Below, piece after piece: positions 1 through 20,636 of a stretch of DNA of 64,000 bases. The translations under genes were made by a program, and so were the position numbers. Location of the stretch: assembly GCF_009914755.1 (NCBI RefSeq), contig NC_060925.1. One strand, written 5' to 3'. The notes beneath the pieces are model-generated. The model ran no database searches. It saw only the letters and a program-made list of their open reading frames with translations, and was not told the DNA's origin. This DNA comes from the human T2T-CHM13v2.0 reference genome, Homo sapiens. Position 1 is the stretch's first letter. Each line of letters opens with the position of its first letter.

Positions 1-400
<400 letters not shown>

Positions 401-3400
401 TTATCTCCTTTTTCTATACTATACACTGTAAAGGAGTAGTTTCCAGACTGTTTTGTTGTTTTGTAAATCAGTAAAAGAGCAAAATAAATAAAAACCAAAA
501 ACATTTTGGTGATCAACTTAGGGCCACTTACTTTTCTTTTTCCAAGTAATATTGAAAAATAATAACTATCCCATGGCAGTAGTAAGTTCTTACTTTTCAA
601 TAATAACCGTAAAAGTAAATGCACTAAACTCTCCTATAAAAAGGCATAGAGTGGCTCATTGGATAAAAAACTATATCTAAGGATCTGCTGCCTATAAGAA
701 ACACATTTCAACTATAAAGACATACACAGACTGAAAATAAAGAGATGGGAAAAAATATTCCATGCAAATGGAAACCAAAAAAGAACAGAAGTAGCTTTAC
801 TTCTGTCAGATAAAATAGATTTCAAGACAAAGAAGGTCATTATATAGTGATAAAAAGGTTAATTCAGAAAGAGGATATAACAATTGTAAATATATATATG
901 CACCCAACACTGGAGCACCCAGATATATAAAGCAAATATTATTAGAACTAAGGAGATAGATAGACCCCAATACAATAATAGATAGAGACTTGAACATCCC
1001 ACTGTCAGCATTCAACAGGTCTTTCAGACAGAAAAACAACAAAGAAACATTGGACTTAATTTGCACTATAGACCAAATGAACCTCATAGACACCTACAGA
1101 ACATTTCATCCAATGGCTGCAGAATACACATTCTTCTCCTCAGCACATAGATTATTATCAAGGATAGACCATAAGGCCGTAAAACAAGTCCTAAAAATTT
1201 TGAAAATGTTGAAATCACATCAAGACTCTCATCTGACTACAATGGAATAAAACCGGAAATCAATTACAAGAGAAACTTTTGAAATTATACAGGCACATGG
1301 AAATTAAATGATATGCTCCTGAATGACGAGTGAGGCAATGAAGAAATTAAGAAAAAAATTGAAAAATTTCTTAAAACAAATGAAAATGGAAATACATACA
1401 AAAACCTATGGGATACAGCAAAAGCACTACTAAGAGGAAAGTTTATAGCAATAAGTGCCTAATTAAAAAAGTAGAAAACTTCAAATAAACAACCTAATGA
1501 TGCAGCTTAAAGAACTGGAAAAGCAAGAGCAAAACAAGTTCAAAATTATTAGAAGAAAAGAAATAAAGATCAGGGCAGAAACAAATGAAATTGAAACAAA
1601 AAAATCAATGTGATATATCACAAAAATCAACAAAATGAAAAGTTGGTTTTTTAAAAAGATAAGCAAAAGAAAGAAACTTTTAGCCAGCCTAAGAAAAAAA
1701 AGAGAGAAGACCCAAATAAATAAAATCAGAGATGAGAAAGGAGACATGACAACTTATACCACAGAAATTCAAAGGATCACTGGGGACTACTATGAGCAAC
1801 CATATGCCAATAAATTGAAAAACCTAGAAGAAATGAATAAATTCTGAGACACATACAACCTACCAAGATCAAACCATTAAGACACTGGAAACCTGAATAG
1901 ACAAATAATGAGTAGAGAGAGTGAAGCCATAATTAAATGTCTCCCAGGAAAAAAAAAAAAAAAGCCTAAGACCTAATGGCTTCACTGCTGAATTTTACCA
2001 AACATTTAAAGAACTAATATCAATCCTACTCAAACTAGTCTAAAAAAAAGAGGAGGACAGAATACTTCCAAACTCATTCTACAAGACTAGTATTACTCTG
2101 ATACCAAAACCAGACAAAGATACATCAAAAAAGCAAAAAGAAAGAGAACTATAAGCCAGTATCTCTCTTGAACATTGATGCAAATATTCTCAACAAAATA
2201 CCAACAACCCAAATTCAACAACACATTAAAAGGTCATTCATCATGACCAAGTGAGGTTTATCCCAGGGATGCAAGGATGGTATAACATAAACAAATCAAT
2301 ATGATACATCGTATCAACAGAATGAAGGACAAAAGCCCTATGACCATTTCAATTGATTCTGAAAAAGCATTTGATAAAATCCAACATCGCTTTATGATAA
2401 AAACCCTAAAAAGAAAGCAGGGTATAGAAGGAACATATCTCAACACAATAAAAGCCATATATGACAGATCCACAGCTAGTACTGAATGGGGAAGAACTAA
2501 AAGCCTTTCCTCTAAGAGCTGAAACATGACAAAGATGTCCACTTTTACCACTTTTATTCAACATAGTACTTGAAGTCCTAGCTAAAGCAATCAGATAAGG
2601 GAAAAACAAGTAAGAATTCAAATTATCCTTATTTGCAGATGATATGGCCTTATATTTGGAAAAACCTAAGGACTACACCAAAAAAATTATTTGAACTGGT
2701 AAACAAATTCAGTAAAGTTGCAGTATACAAAATTTACATATGAAAACTAGTAGCATTTCTATGCCAACAACGATCTGAAAAAGAAATCAAGAGAATAATC
2801 TCATTTACAAGTAAAAGATCTCTCCAATAAAAACTAAAAAACATTGATGCAATAAATTGAAGAGAATACACAAAAAAATGGGAATATATTCCATGTTCAT
2901 GGATTAGAAGAATCAATATTGTTAAAATGTCCACAGTACTCAGAGCAGTCTATAGATTTATGCAATCTCTATCAAAATATCAATGGCATTCTTCACAGAA
3001 ATAGACAAAATAGTTCTAAAGTTTATATGGAACCACAAAAGACCCCAGAATAGCCAAAGTCATCTTGAGTAAAAAGAAAACGGGAGGAATCACATTACCT
3101 AACTTCAGATTATACCACAGAGTTATAATAATGCCAGCATGGTACTGGCTTAAAAACAGACACATAAACAAATGGAACACAATAGAAAGCCCAGAAATAA
3201 ATCCATACATCTACAATGAGCTAATTTTCGACAAAGGTGCCAAGAACATACACTGGGGAAAGAATACTTTCATCAATAAACGGTACTGGGAAAACTGTAA
3301 ATCCATATAGAGGAAAATGAAACTAGACTCCTCTCTCCATATACAAAAATCAAATCAAAATGGATTAAATACTTAAAATCTAAGGCCAAAAATTATGAAA

Positions 3401-3673
3401 CTACTAAAAGAAAATATTGGAGAAACTCTCCAAGACATTGGTCTGAGCAAAGATTTCTTGCATCATACCCCAAAAGCACAGGCAACCAAAGATAAAATGT
3501 ACAAATGGGATCACATCAAGTTAAAAAGCATCTGCACAGCAAAGGAAATAATAAAGTAAAGAGAAAACAGGCAGAATTAGAGAAAATATTTGCAAACTAT
3601 CTCACAGGGGATTATTAATTATTATTAGTAGTAAAGTATTAGAGCTCAAACAACTCAATATGAAAAAAATCTA

Positions 3674-4255
<582 letters not shown>

Positions 4256-5180
4256 GGTCTAAACGTCATTGATCATCAGAGAAATGAAAATCAAAACTAC
4301 AATGAGATGTCATCTCACCCCAGTTAATTGGCTTTTATCCAAACAACAGGCAATAACAAATGCTGGTGAAGATGTAGAGAAAAGGGAACTCTCATACACT
4401 GTTGGTGAGAATGTAAATTATTACAGGCACTATGGAGAACAGTATGGAGGTTCCTCAAAAAACTCAAAATAAAACTATCATGTGATCTAGCAATCCCACT
4501 GCTGGTTATATACCCAAAAGAAAGGAAATCAGTATATCAGAGAGATATCTGCACTCCCATGTTTATTGTAGCACTGTTTATGATGGCCAATATTTGGAAT
4601 TAACCTAAGCATCCATCAACAGATGAATGGATAAAGAAAATGTGATACATATGCACAATGGAGTACTATTCAGCCATAAAAAGGAGATCTAGTCATTTGC
4701 AAGAGCATGAACAGAACTGGAGGACATTATGTTAAGTGAAATAAGCCAGGCACTGAAAGATAAACTTCACCTGTTCTCACTCAGTTGTGGGAGCTGAAAA
4801 TTAAAACAATCGAACTCATAGAGATAGACAGTAGAATGATGGTTAATAGAGGCTGAGATGAGTAGTGGGGTTGGCAGGGAGGAGTGGAGATGGTTAATAG
4901 GTACAAAGATACAGTTAGATAGAACAAATAAGATCTAGTATTTGATAGCACAAATGTGACTACAGTCAACAATAATTTATAGTACATTTAAAAATAACTA
5001 AAATAGTCTAATTGGAACATTTGCAATACAAAGAAATAATAAATGTTTGAGGTGATGCATACCCCATTTACCTCAATGTGATTATTACCCATTATATGCC
5101 TGTATTAAAGTATCTCATGTATCTCATAAATATATACACCTACTATATATTAGTCTGTTCTCACATTGCTATAAAGATTA

Positions 5181-5478
<298 letters not shown>

Positions 5479-5802
5479 GATAATACCAGAGACAGGGTAA
5501 TTTATAAACAAAGGAAATGTAGTTGTGTCACAGTTCCACATGGCTAGGGAGGCCTCAGGAAATTCACAATCATGGCAGAAGAGGAAGCAGGCGTCTTCTT
5601 CACAAGGTGCAGGAGAGTGTGAGTGTGTGGAGGAACTTCCAAACACTTATAAAACCATCAGATCTCAAGAGAACTCACTCACTATCATGAGAACAGCATG
5701 GGGGACCACCACCATGATCCAGTCACCTCCCTCCCTCAACATGTGGGGATTATAGGTCCCTCTCTTGACACATGGGGATTACAATTCAAGATGAGATTTG
5801 GT

Positions 5803-6150
<348 letters not shown>

Positions 6151-6253
6151 CTATCATTACCATGATTATATAAAATAAAGAGGATTCTAGCACTGATTTT
6201 AAAAAGGAGAAAGATATGTGAATTGGTTTATAAAACTCACTATGTTATTATAA

Positions 6254-6591
<338 letters not shown>

Positions 6592-6899
6592 TAAAGAACT
6601 AGTGGTGCAGAAGGCTGAATGTATCCAAGGGCAACACAACCTGGCTCATTGGAATTGATTAAATGAGGGAATAATTAGCAAAGGAGAGCTACCTTCTCTG
6701 TCTGGGGAGAGGAAAGGACATTTAAGGAAGTAGGTTTGAGCAGGATTTTGAATGGTAGGGGGATTTTAATGTATCATAGTCAGTTTTTACAGGTGAGAGA
6801 GCAGGAACCTAGCCATGGAAGCTTGGTGTGTGGAGTGCACTGGGTGCTGGAAGGTAGTAAATCTGGTGGGTCTCTCAGGCTAAAATTGGAGAGATCTTA

Positions 6900-7533
<634 letters not shown>

Positions 7534-7560
7534 TGAAGTGCTTCGCATACATCAGCTCAT

Positions 7561-8162
7561 TGTGGTAGAAAGGTGTGAGACCTTTCCTCACCCATCATAA
7601 AGGTCACAACTGGCATTCCTATAACAAAAGACAGATTAACAACATAAAAGAGTAGCAAATTTATTTAATCAAAATTCTGTGTGACATGGGAGCCTGCAGA
7701 AATGAAGACCCAAAGATCCAGGGAAAACCGTCTATTTTATAGTTAGGGATAGACAGCCATGTAGAAATGTGATTGGACAAAAGGGTGTGATCGAATGGTA
7801 ATTGACATGGGGAAAGCCAGTGAGGCCTGTCTGTTCAGATGCTTTTTGGTGTCTCTGTAAAGCATTCCCCGCCTCCCGTGGGTCAGGGGCCCTCTGAATT
7901 GAGGTTCTTTAAGGGCAAAGGGAGAAGGGAAAGAGTGTGGCCTTTTTAGGTTTTACAGCTCGCTTTGGGGAAGAGGAGTTCTAGTTTCTATGACCCGGCT
8001 TGTGATGGAGAAATTCTGGTTTCTATGACTCCCTTCAGGGGAGAAAGAAGGGCAGGAGAAGGTCGGAGAGACTTTGCTCCTGAGGCCTTTCCAATCTTCA
8101 GTTCAAAGTATTCAGCACATCAAGGTGTCATACTTTGGGGTACTGTGTTCTGAGCCCCAACA
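7561..8162 (-). mobile_element. ERV1-class solo LTR, MER34/MER39 family
   Basis: Reverse complement starts tgttggggctcagaacacagtaccccaaagtatg; TG...CA termini; agctcat on both flanks. Confidence 0.78.
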
Positions 8163-8190
8163 AGCTCATTTATTCTTTAGAATAAGCCTA

Positions 8191-8700
8191 TATTGGGGTT
8201 CAGGATATGCTACACCAAAATATGACATCTTGGCATTTGAGAAAACAGCAGAAGCAGAAGGGTCACTCTTACCTTCCTCTCATCCTTCTCCCCTGAGCAT
8301 GCCAAAAAAGAATTCTTTCACCTTTCTCTGAAATAGATCATAAGACCTTCCAGAGATACCTTCTCTATACCTGGGGAAAAGAAATGTCACACTGAGATTT
8401 AGAAAAATCTGAACAGGTGTAGCTAAGTTCCCCCCGCCCCCAGTTTATTACCATTAGATCATACCACCCTTGTCTAACCATACATACTCCACAAATATCC
8501 ACACCTTCATCAAACTTAACATAAAAATACATAGGTTTCCCCATTTCTTTGGGTCTTTATTTCCAAAGGCTACTACTATGTCACATAAAACTTATATTAA
8601 ATGTGTTCCTATGCTTTTCTCTTGTTAATCTGTCTTTTGTTAGAGATGCCTCAGCCATGAACTTAAAACGGGTAAAAAAGATATTTTCTTTTCCTCTTCA
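8191..8700 (+). mobile_element. ERV1-class solo LTR, MER34/MER39 family (different subfamily)
   Basis: tattggggttcaggatatgctacaccaaaatatg ... tttctcttgttaatctgtcttttgtt ... ca; shares blocks with the reverse complement of 7561-8162. Confidence 0.78.
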
Positions 8701-8817
8701 TCTAAAATAAGCTATTTTTCCCCTTGGGATAATTTCTCCCTTCACTCTGTTAGTGACCCAATCTTTATGATTTTTTGCATCAATAGTCTACTGAGTATGA
8801 ATAGGCATTGTGTGCAC

Positions 8818-9635
<818 letters not shown>

Positions 9636-9668
9636 ACCTACATAAAGCCAAGTAAAGAATAGAAACAT

Positions 9669-10620
<952 letters not shown>

Positions 10621-10667
10621 AAAGAATAGAAACAGTATGATAATTCAAGTCAAAAATCTATGCCTAA

Positions 10668-10969
<302 letters not shown>

Positions 10970-11649
10970 AAAATCCGTGCCTAAATTAATAGCCTATTTT
11001 GGAGGAAAGTGCTTATTGCTGCTTAGATTTTTGGTTCCTCAATAATTTGGACTATCCTGCCACTTTCTCCTGGGTTCCAGCTGAGTTGAGCATGGAGAGT
11101 TCTGAGCATAGGCGCAGATACACATATAAAGAAGAAAACTACAAACAAGGAACTGCATGTTCTTTCTCCACTGTGGAGCCCGGCTGAGCACATTGTGAAG
11201 AGGCCATTCCTAGGCCTGCTTTCGCAACATCCCCAGGTGTTTCCAGTTATCTCAAAGGGGTGTCATGAAGTTTGCAAAACAAAATACAATTTAAATTCTT
11301 AGATATGTAAAAAGCAGTTACTGTATATGCTTTGTGGAAGGGAGAATTGTGAAACCCAGTAAACAATGAAGGATGATGTTGTAATTCTCAAAAGGCTGCA
11401 AATCACAAACAAAAGTAATGTGACAGAGGTAATAAAGGCATTATGAGAAAACATTGGGTTGGGGTTTGGAAAACCCAGTTTTCCCTGAGCATGCTCACCA
11501 AATGACTTATCTATTCAATAATGTTGAATGAACATTCCACTTTTCCCTCTGTGAAAAAATTTTTGACCCTACCCTTTTCATTTGCTGTAAGAGTTTCAGC
11601 TACTTTTGCTTATTAGCTCTCAAAATAACTGCACTCATGCTCTATTTTT

Positions 11650-11850
11650 TTCATTATTTATTCATTTTGTAAACATTTACTGAGTACTCCTCTGTTTCCA
11701 GGGCTGAGCTCAGCACTGGGGTTGGGAGGGGAATTTAAAAAATGCTCACCATCTAGTGGGTGAGACAGAGAAGCAAACGAATGTGCTGCAGAGATCATTG
11801 CTGGAAGCAAGTTCTGAACAAAGGGTTAAGGGAGTCCAGCTAGAGAACTA
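11650..11850 (-). mobile_element. L2 3' fragment
   Basis: attcattttgtaaacatttactgagtactcctctgtttccagg resembles the antisense L2 tail. Confidence 0.55.
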
Positions 11851-13374
11851 TGAAGTCACTTCTGGGTCTGGCTAAGTAAGGATTAGCCTGTAGGGATGAC
11901 CTTTTAGGCTAGTATTACTTGATTCATTGGAAGGTGGGGCAGAGGTAGAGGAAGCCTATCAAAGCAAATGGGCTGAGCCAGGGGAGCAAATGTGTTCAAC
12001 CTCTATCAATGAACAATGGCATGGTCAGTTAATATCTCTGTAGCTTGTGGTTGGACTGGGACCCCAATAGGTGCCAAAGCAGGCAGGGCAGGGATGACTG
12101 ATAAGAGGCAACCTTTACTGACTTTCAACACATTTTTCTCCTTCCTCCTCTCTGTTGCCTAAGAGCTCACCCAGCTTTGTTCTGATGCTGTGTCTGGGAG
12201 CTTTGGGAGTGTCCAGGGTTCACTCCTTTGGTGAACTTTGACATTGGCTCGTCTCTGAGTCACCTGAAGGCCAAAGCCCATGGGCCTGCGGGGCCAGACA
12301 CATGGCAGCAGGAGCCACAGTAGAGCAGGCATTGTGATGACAGCAGCTGACCAACTGGGCATAAAATGTGTCCCCTCTGGGGACACTTGGGGGTGTGGAC
12401 TTAGGTCATACTATTAAAAAAATTGAGGCAATCAAGCAGTAGATGTAGACCTATGATAATTATAATTACCATTTAGTGACTGCTTGCTGTAGGGTACCAT
12501 GCCCTACATGAATTACAGCCATTTTCTCATTTCACTCCTCAAAAGCAAGTAGCTTTGGCTGGCACAGTGTGTGTTTTGCTGGGAGCTGGTGGAAGTGGAT
12601 GACACTGGGGGAAGAAAATGAAGGAAATGAGTATTGCTTGGTTTCCAGATTGTGCGTAGCTAAAAAACAAGAAATGCCATATAAACCAAATTAGAATTTA
12701 AAAAAAAAATAAAGAAAAGAAAAATGCCTGATTTCTACATTTAGCAGCAGAAAACGTCCTTAGGATTTCACTGGTCATTATTATTACTTTTGCTTGTCAA
12801 TCTAGGAGAAGTCCTAGAGACTATTTTATCCAGATTCTTCCCAAGCATGGATGAAGAAACTGTAACTTGGGTGGAGAGTGTAGTGACGTACCCAAGCTCA
12901 CAGTCAGCTACTGGCGTCACCTGCAGAGAATACCTGCTGGAGAACCATTTGCTTGGCAGGTGGAGGGTCCATCCTTGGTCACAGCCTGACAGAATATTCT
13001 TTACAGCCCTGTCACTGCTTATCAGCATGTTTGTTGCCTTTGAATTCTAGGGCTGGAAAGTCAGGTTTCTCAAGACTAAAAATCCCACAATCTATTCTTC
13101 ATTTCCCCAGCCCTGCCTCAGGAAATAGGCTTCTGACACCTGAACTCTGTTGAGATTGATTTGTAAACAGCAAAGCTAATAATTTACAACCAGATGCAGT
13201 CTATTTTGGAATCTCTTTACCTGGTAGTAGGTGTCCTTGTGAAATCAAAAACATGATTGGAAGATTACCTGATGGGCAGAGAATTATACAACAGGAAGAA
13301 TAGGCCTAGTAAAATATACTCAATATTGAGGCTGGGAAAATCTGCTACCATTTTTATTTCCCCATGGAAAGAGT

Positions 13375-13480
13375 TGCATCTTGGGTTGAATTCTAACTCT
13401 GACATTATTAGCTGTGTGATGTTGGGCAAGTTGTTTAATCCCTCTGATACTTTATTTCTCCATAGATGTAATGAGAATAC
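13375..13480 (+). mobile_element. MIR fragment
   Basis: gggttgaattctaactctgacattattagctgtgtgatgttgggcaagttgtttaatc. Confidence 0.65.
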
Positions 13481-14264
13481 CTGCCAAATATAGTGTCTCT
13501 TCCTTAGATGTGGTTGAATGCACTGAGATTTGGATTCTCAAATGCTGCTAAATGGACCATAATTTTCACCATTCCTTTGCCAGGTGAAAAAGGACAATGT
13601 AGAGCGTTTTCATCATGCAAGTTCATTAAAATATTTGATGTTTAAATATCCTTTATTTCATTATAAAAAACTATAAAAATATAGTTTTTAAAAAGTATCT
13701 TTACCTTGCAATATAAGAAGTTGGCATCTTAATCCATTCACTCGGGATTTCTGCCAGCATAGCCAGGAATATTTGGATTAGGTGACTGCAGCAAAATAAG
13801 AGGTGTATTCTCTTTGGTTTTCAGGTCTTTTATTTGGTTTGTGGTTTCAGTTAATTTAGGAATAAGAACTGAAATGTGTAAAACAGAATATTAAAGTCCA
13901 TGCTATTCAATCTCGTTTTTGTGATTTGTTTCAAGAGAGAACATTAGCATTTGATGGCATCCAGGTTTTTGTGGATTTTCTTCCTCATCTGCCTACCACA
14001 TCTGCCTTTGTTGCCCTTTGATTACTTGGGTGTCTGGTGACATGGGTTATGGGAGGTCTTTGATTGAGGATGCAGATACAACAACTGAACCTGGTTAGAG
14101 TCCCGTTTTTCTGTTTAGAGGTTTGTCCAACAGGCAGAGCCAGGAGAAGGGAACTTTGGAGCCAGCACACCAATGTCCCACTCTGCCCAAGGGTCAGTGA
14201 CTTCCAGAATCAGCAGGAGGGACAGGTGAGGCAGCTGAGAAAGACTACAGCCTGTGGCTTTATA

Positions 14265-14364
14265 TAAAGAGAAAAGCAAAAGGAAAAGAGAAAGTGAGAG
14301 GAAGGAAGGGAGGAGGGAAGGAAGGAAGGGAGGGAAAGGAGGGAGGGAGAGAAAAAAGAAGGGA
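14265..14364 (+). repeat. Polypurine (GA/GGAA-rich) low-complexity tract
   Basis: About 100 nt of almost only A and G. Confidence 0.9.
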
Positions 14365-15311
14365 TTATTATCTGAGCCAGACAAGCCATTTTAAAAAAAT
14401 CCCTATGGCTCTCTGGAGAAAAATACAAAACAGTTAAAATTTGGGAGCTACATTGTGAGGGACACCTGTTGTATTTAGAGGCAGAATTATTTAAATAGCA
14501 GCACCCCAGGCACCACTTCAGGTATATATAAGCTGTTATTTTGCACTGGAAACTTGAGCCACGGGGAGGAAGAAGGAAAAAGAGCCTGGGTAAACTAGCT
14601 AAATCTGAGGTCGAGTAGACAAAGGTCATGGCTGTCTGCTGCTGCAAGCCTCGGATACCTGGTAACTTCAGCAAAAGCGCCCTGAGTAGGCACTCTAGCT
14701 CAATCTCTCATCCCTGCCAGACAGTCATCTGGTTCCATTTTGAGCCAGCTAGCAAAAGCCAAGGTTTCACCCCTTCATAAGTTTGCAAAGTCTTTAGTAT
14801 AACCTGTAGTTGTAGAGCCTGTAACCATTTTGATTCTTGTGAATCTTTTCATGTAAATCAGGAGTGGTTGAAAACCCAAACAAGGCCTTTCTAGCAGCTT
14901 TCTGGGCTGCCCGCTTCTTGGAAGAGTTGAGGAGAAATATTATGCCAGAATATCTGAGGTGTTTGCAAATGTGACGCTAGGAAGATGAGCTAATTGTGGA
15001 AGAGAATCTCTTTGCCTATCCTTACCGGAAATAGGCCCATGTCTTTTGGACTGGAAGCAAGACTGTGGATGCAAGTGGGGAGAGAGCCACACCTCTCACC
15101 TTCATATATTATAGCAATAGCAGGAAAAATCCTGATGATATGCAGTGTTGGTGGTGGTTGTATTTGTGGTGTAGGCAAGGGGTTTTAGTCACTGTAATGA
15201 AGTTTGTGACTAAATGCTGGAGTTAGCTCCAGCTGTATGCTCAAAGGAGAGGAAAGTTTAAGCTACAAATGTCTTATGTCCGGAGTAGCCTCCCAAATAG
15301 TTTTCTTGCCT

Positions 15312-15503
15312 CCGGGGCACTGAAGCCTGCTTTAATGGCTCATAACAGCTAATTGTGCATGCCTCTTCATAGTGTTCAGTGACATCAAATTTGCAAGCTT
15401 GAAATTAGCCATGGTGGAAATATTTACACTACAGAAATTGGCAAGCACCATGAGTCAAGGCGTTTGGGTTTTCCCTGAAGATCTGATTTGTCAGCACAGT
15501 ACT
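15312..15503. mobile_element. MER63-like hAT-Blackjack MITE
   Basis: gttcagtgacatca ... gcttgaaattagccatggtggaaatatttacactacagaaattggcaag. Confidence 0.65.
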
Positions 15504-16148
15504 TCACCATGTGCACTCCCATCCCCCTACATTTTACTCCACAGCTGCCGTGATCTATCCAAAGATAAAGCTGATCATTGTCACCAATTGTTTAAACCAT
15601 TCATTGTCTTCCCATTGCTCTGAAAAAGCCCACAATCTTTACCACAGCTTATGAGACCAGCCTACATGATCTGGCCCTAGAGGTCTCCTCAGCCTTTTTC
15701 TGCATTACATCTTATCTCACTGTATGTGCTCTATTAGTTCATTCAATCGAACTACAGTTTCTCACCACAAGTTCTTTGCACATAGTGTTTCCAGCCATTT
15801 GTGGCTCACCAAATATTCACAAACTGTCTCACATTTTCTAGCCCACTTGCAGTTGGGTGGGGCCATGTGACCAGTTCTGCCAAGTGAGCAGTGAGTGGCA
15901 GTGACACACAGAAGAATATTGAAGAGTGGTGTGCCGTCTTCCAGCTTTCTCTTCTGCAGCTGCAATCCTAGAGGCCATGTGTTGAGACAGCAGAACCGCA
16001 CAATGGAGTAACCTGGATTGCTGAGTCAGCACATGGAGGACAGCTGTCTTTAGAAACTTGCTTGATGGTGCATGAGTGGGAAATAAACATTTGTGGTGTT
16101 AAGCCACTGAAATTCAAGACAACTTTGTTACTGCAAAATAATTTATCC

Positions 16149-17962
<1,814 letters not shown>

Positions 17963-18711
17963 ATCCAACCCATTCTCACTAATTCACTCACACCGTTCCT
18001 TCTGACTAGAATGTGCCCCACTCCCACCCTCTTCACCAGGCCATCACGCTCTGTGCCCTAGAGCCTGGGTTCATGATCAACTTCTCAGGGGTCCTTCCAT
18101 GACTTCCTATGTTCCCCCTTTAACATTCTCACATGCCTTATGTACATCTTACTGCAACAGTAATTTTAAATTGATATCTATTTTCCTTGCTAGATTTTAA
18201 GCACCACTAGAGTAGAGATGGTTTTTTGGCTTACTATTCCATTTCCAGTGTCTAGGATGGTGTCTGGTGCATAATAGGACTCAAATCTTGAATAAATGTA
18301 GGGGTCTGGAATGGTCCTCTGAAAAGGCCTAATGAGCTCAGTGGGAAGCTCTTGTTAATTTGGGACTAACTAGAGGGACTCTGGGGCCTTGCTTAAACTT
18401 AGCTCACCCAGGTGTTTCTACAAACAGGTCTGTATAAAAAAAGATAGCAGGCCTGTGACTGGTGTGTAAAATATATATGTTTGGCTCTTTCCTGTTTTGG
18501 AAGGTGTGTGTGTATGTGTGCCACATATGTGAATGGATCTGGAGAAGGGATATTGATAACTCTTTATTACTTCTATAATGGGGCAAAGCACCAATAATCC
18601 TTCAAAATGTTGTAAAATTTGACATTTTTATCTCACCCTATGGAACCTTTAATAGGAGCTGTAAATAAGTAGGAAACTGATTTCCATACCACTGCATTTG
18701 CTTTCCCTAGC

Positions 18712-18830
18712 GAAGGTTAGTAAGTTCTTTGAGGATAAGGATCATGTCTTTCTCTTCCTTTCTTTTTCCTAACGGTGCCCAGCCCAGTGCCTGGCATATA
18801 GAAGACATTCAATAAATGTTCATTAAATTG
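18712..18830 (+). mobile_element. L2 3' end
   Basis: cagtgcctggcatatagaagacattcaataaatgtt. Confidence 0.7.
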
Positions 18831-19103
18831 TCATGTGGCAAGAAGTAAGGCAATGTGACAGGAAGAAGGAAAAGCAAAGGCCTTGTGTTGGGAGCTGAAA
18901 ACCCAGGATTATCACCACCACCATGTTCCCCGTTCATTAATAAAATTGGGCATGTTGGACTACCCAATGGTTGCTCTTGGTCACAGTTAGCAGTTCTCAG
19001 ACTCACCTCCTTCTGTTCCATTTTCCATATCCAAGATGTCCAGCAGGACCAAATCACTCCATCTGCTACAGAATCACCCAAACAGAAAAGGAGGGGGGCC
19101 ACA

Positions 19104-19247
19104 CCGATGGTTCTCAACATGGGCTGCACATTAGGTCCTCCCAAGGAGCTTGTAAAAAGTACCGTCTCTTGAGGGAGGGGCCCAAGAATCAGTATTTTAA
19201 GAGTTCCCTAGGTTATTCTGAAATGCAGCCAGGAAACAGAACTACTG
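19104..19247. mobile_element. MER5-family hAT MITE
   Basis: tggttctcaacatgggctgcacattag ... ttattctgaaatgcagccagg ... agaactactg. Confidence 0.7.
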
Positions 19248-20387
19248 GGCTAGACAAGGAGCGGGACACTCAGGTATTCATGGGGCTCCCCCTTCCTCTA
19301 TGGGGACAAGTTAAAAACTAGGTGATGAGTCCCTAGAAAATTAACATATGGCAGCCCATGGCCATGATGGCTGTCACTGCTAGAGAAGAGTGCATGGGAT
19401 TGGAACCAGCTCCCAGTCTGCGTCCTGAGCCATGGGACCATCCCAGAGTGGTCTCAGCCTTGTGCTGCTTGGGGGCTCTTTGCACAATCTACTTTTAAAG
19501 CACCAGGATCTCAAAATCAGTTGTTCACACCTTTCGGTTACTTGAATAAGAGGCAAGTGGAGTGGCATGATGCCCTAGAAAGACAGATGTGCGATTACAA
19601 TCTGCTTACGGTGAAACTCCCAAAGGAGATCACATGCTGACAGTACTGGGAGTGGTGCTTATAATAAGCCCTTGTTTATAGTTCAATCAGAGTTCAATAG
19701 CTTACAGACCCCTATGTCCCCCTTCTGCTCCCCAGCCTCCTACCCAATGGCTTCCTCTAATAAGGTTTTTTAAGCTACTCTCTAATGGTGGGGTGGGTAC
19801 ACAACCAGTTATACTTTAATGGTGTTTAGACAGTCAAAGCAGTTCAGCTTGTTAGACCATCGAGCTGCCAGGACAGCAGAGCATCAGTTCAGGGCTCTGT
19901 GAAATTAACCTTTAGTCAGTTTTCCCTAATTGATCCCATGCTTCAATCTCAGAGCATTCTAAGTATTTAAAAGTGTGTAATGTAAGATCTGACTAGCCTG
20001 TAACCATGGTGGTTAAGAGAACTGCTACAGTATTCCTTTTGAAATATCCCAGTGAATTAAAAATTATTTAGAAGATATTTGACTGAACATAAATTATTTC
20101 ATTTTGGGTGAAATTAGTCTCTAAACTTAGACCAAAGATGTATGTACATAAAATAACTTGTTCTACACTCAAGGAAGAGTTGAAGCAATGCTGATGTCTT
20201 CACTTGGTCAGAATGCTGGTGGGAGTCAGTATCCCCCGCAGCTTCTATTAGTAGAGGAGCACACTTTGTGACCTTTGCCTCAACATGTCAACAAATGGAG
20301 GTTAAACTTCAGAGGTGTGTAAACTTCAGAGAACTGTCCCACGCTGTAATTGGGTTTCAGCTCTGGCCAGAATTTTGCCAGTCAGAG

Positions 20388-20636
20388 GATAATGGAGTGG
20401 ACAGCATAGGATCTGGTATGGGAGAGACCCAGGTTAAAATCTCAGATCTCACATTTCCTGGTTTTGTGACCTAGGTCAGTCTCTTAATGCCTTTAAGCTA
20501 CCGTTTTCATATCTGGGAAATGGAGATGATAATAGTACCTGCCTCTCAGAGTTGCTATGAGAATTAGCACAGATAACACGTGCCAAATGCTTAGTATAGT
20601 ACTTGGCAAGTAGTAAGCATACAATAAATATTAGCA
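20388..20636 (+). mobile_element. MIR, near full length
   Basis: tgtgacctaggtcag ... aaatggagatgataatagtacctgcctc ... agtaagcatacaataaatattagc. Confidence 0.85.

Noticed and set aside
5724-5785. Short duplication within the THE1/MST LTR (...tggggatta... twice)
   Set aside because: I recall this as a common variant of the LTR family, so it is unlikely to be locus-specific.
14265-14364. GGAA microsatellite enhancer or triplex DNA
   Set aside because: At most about three consecutive GGAA units and imperfect mirror symmetry; ordinary low-complexity tract.
14210-14674. 154-aa minus-strand ORF and nearby TATA-like tatatataag
   Set aside because: ORF runs through low-complexity sequence, has no domain and has no supporting promoter context.
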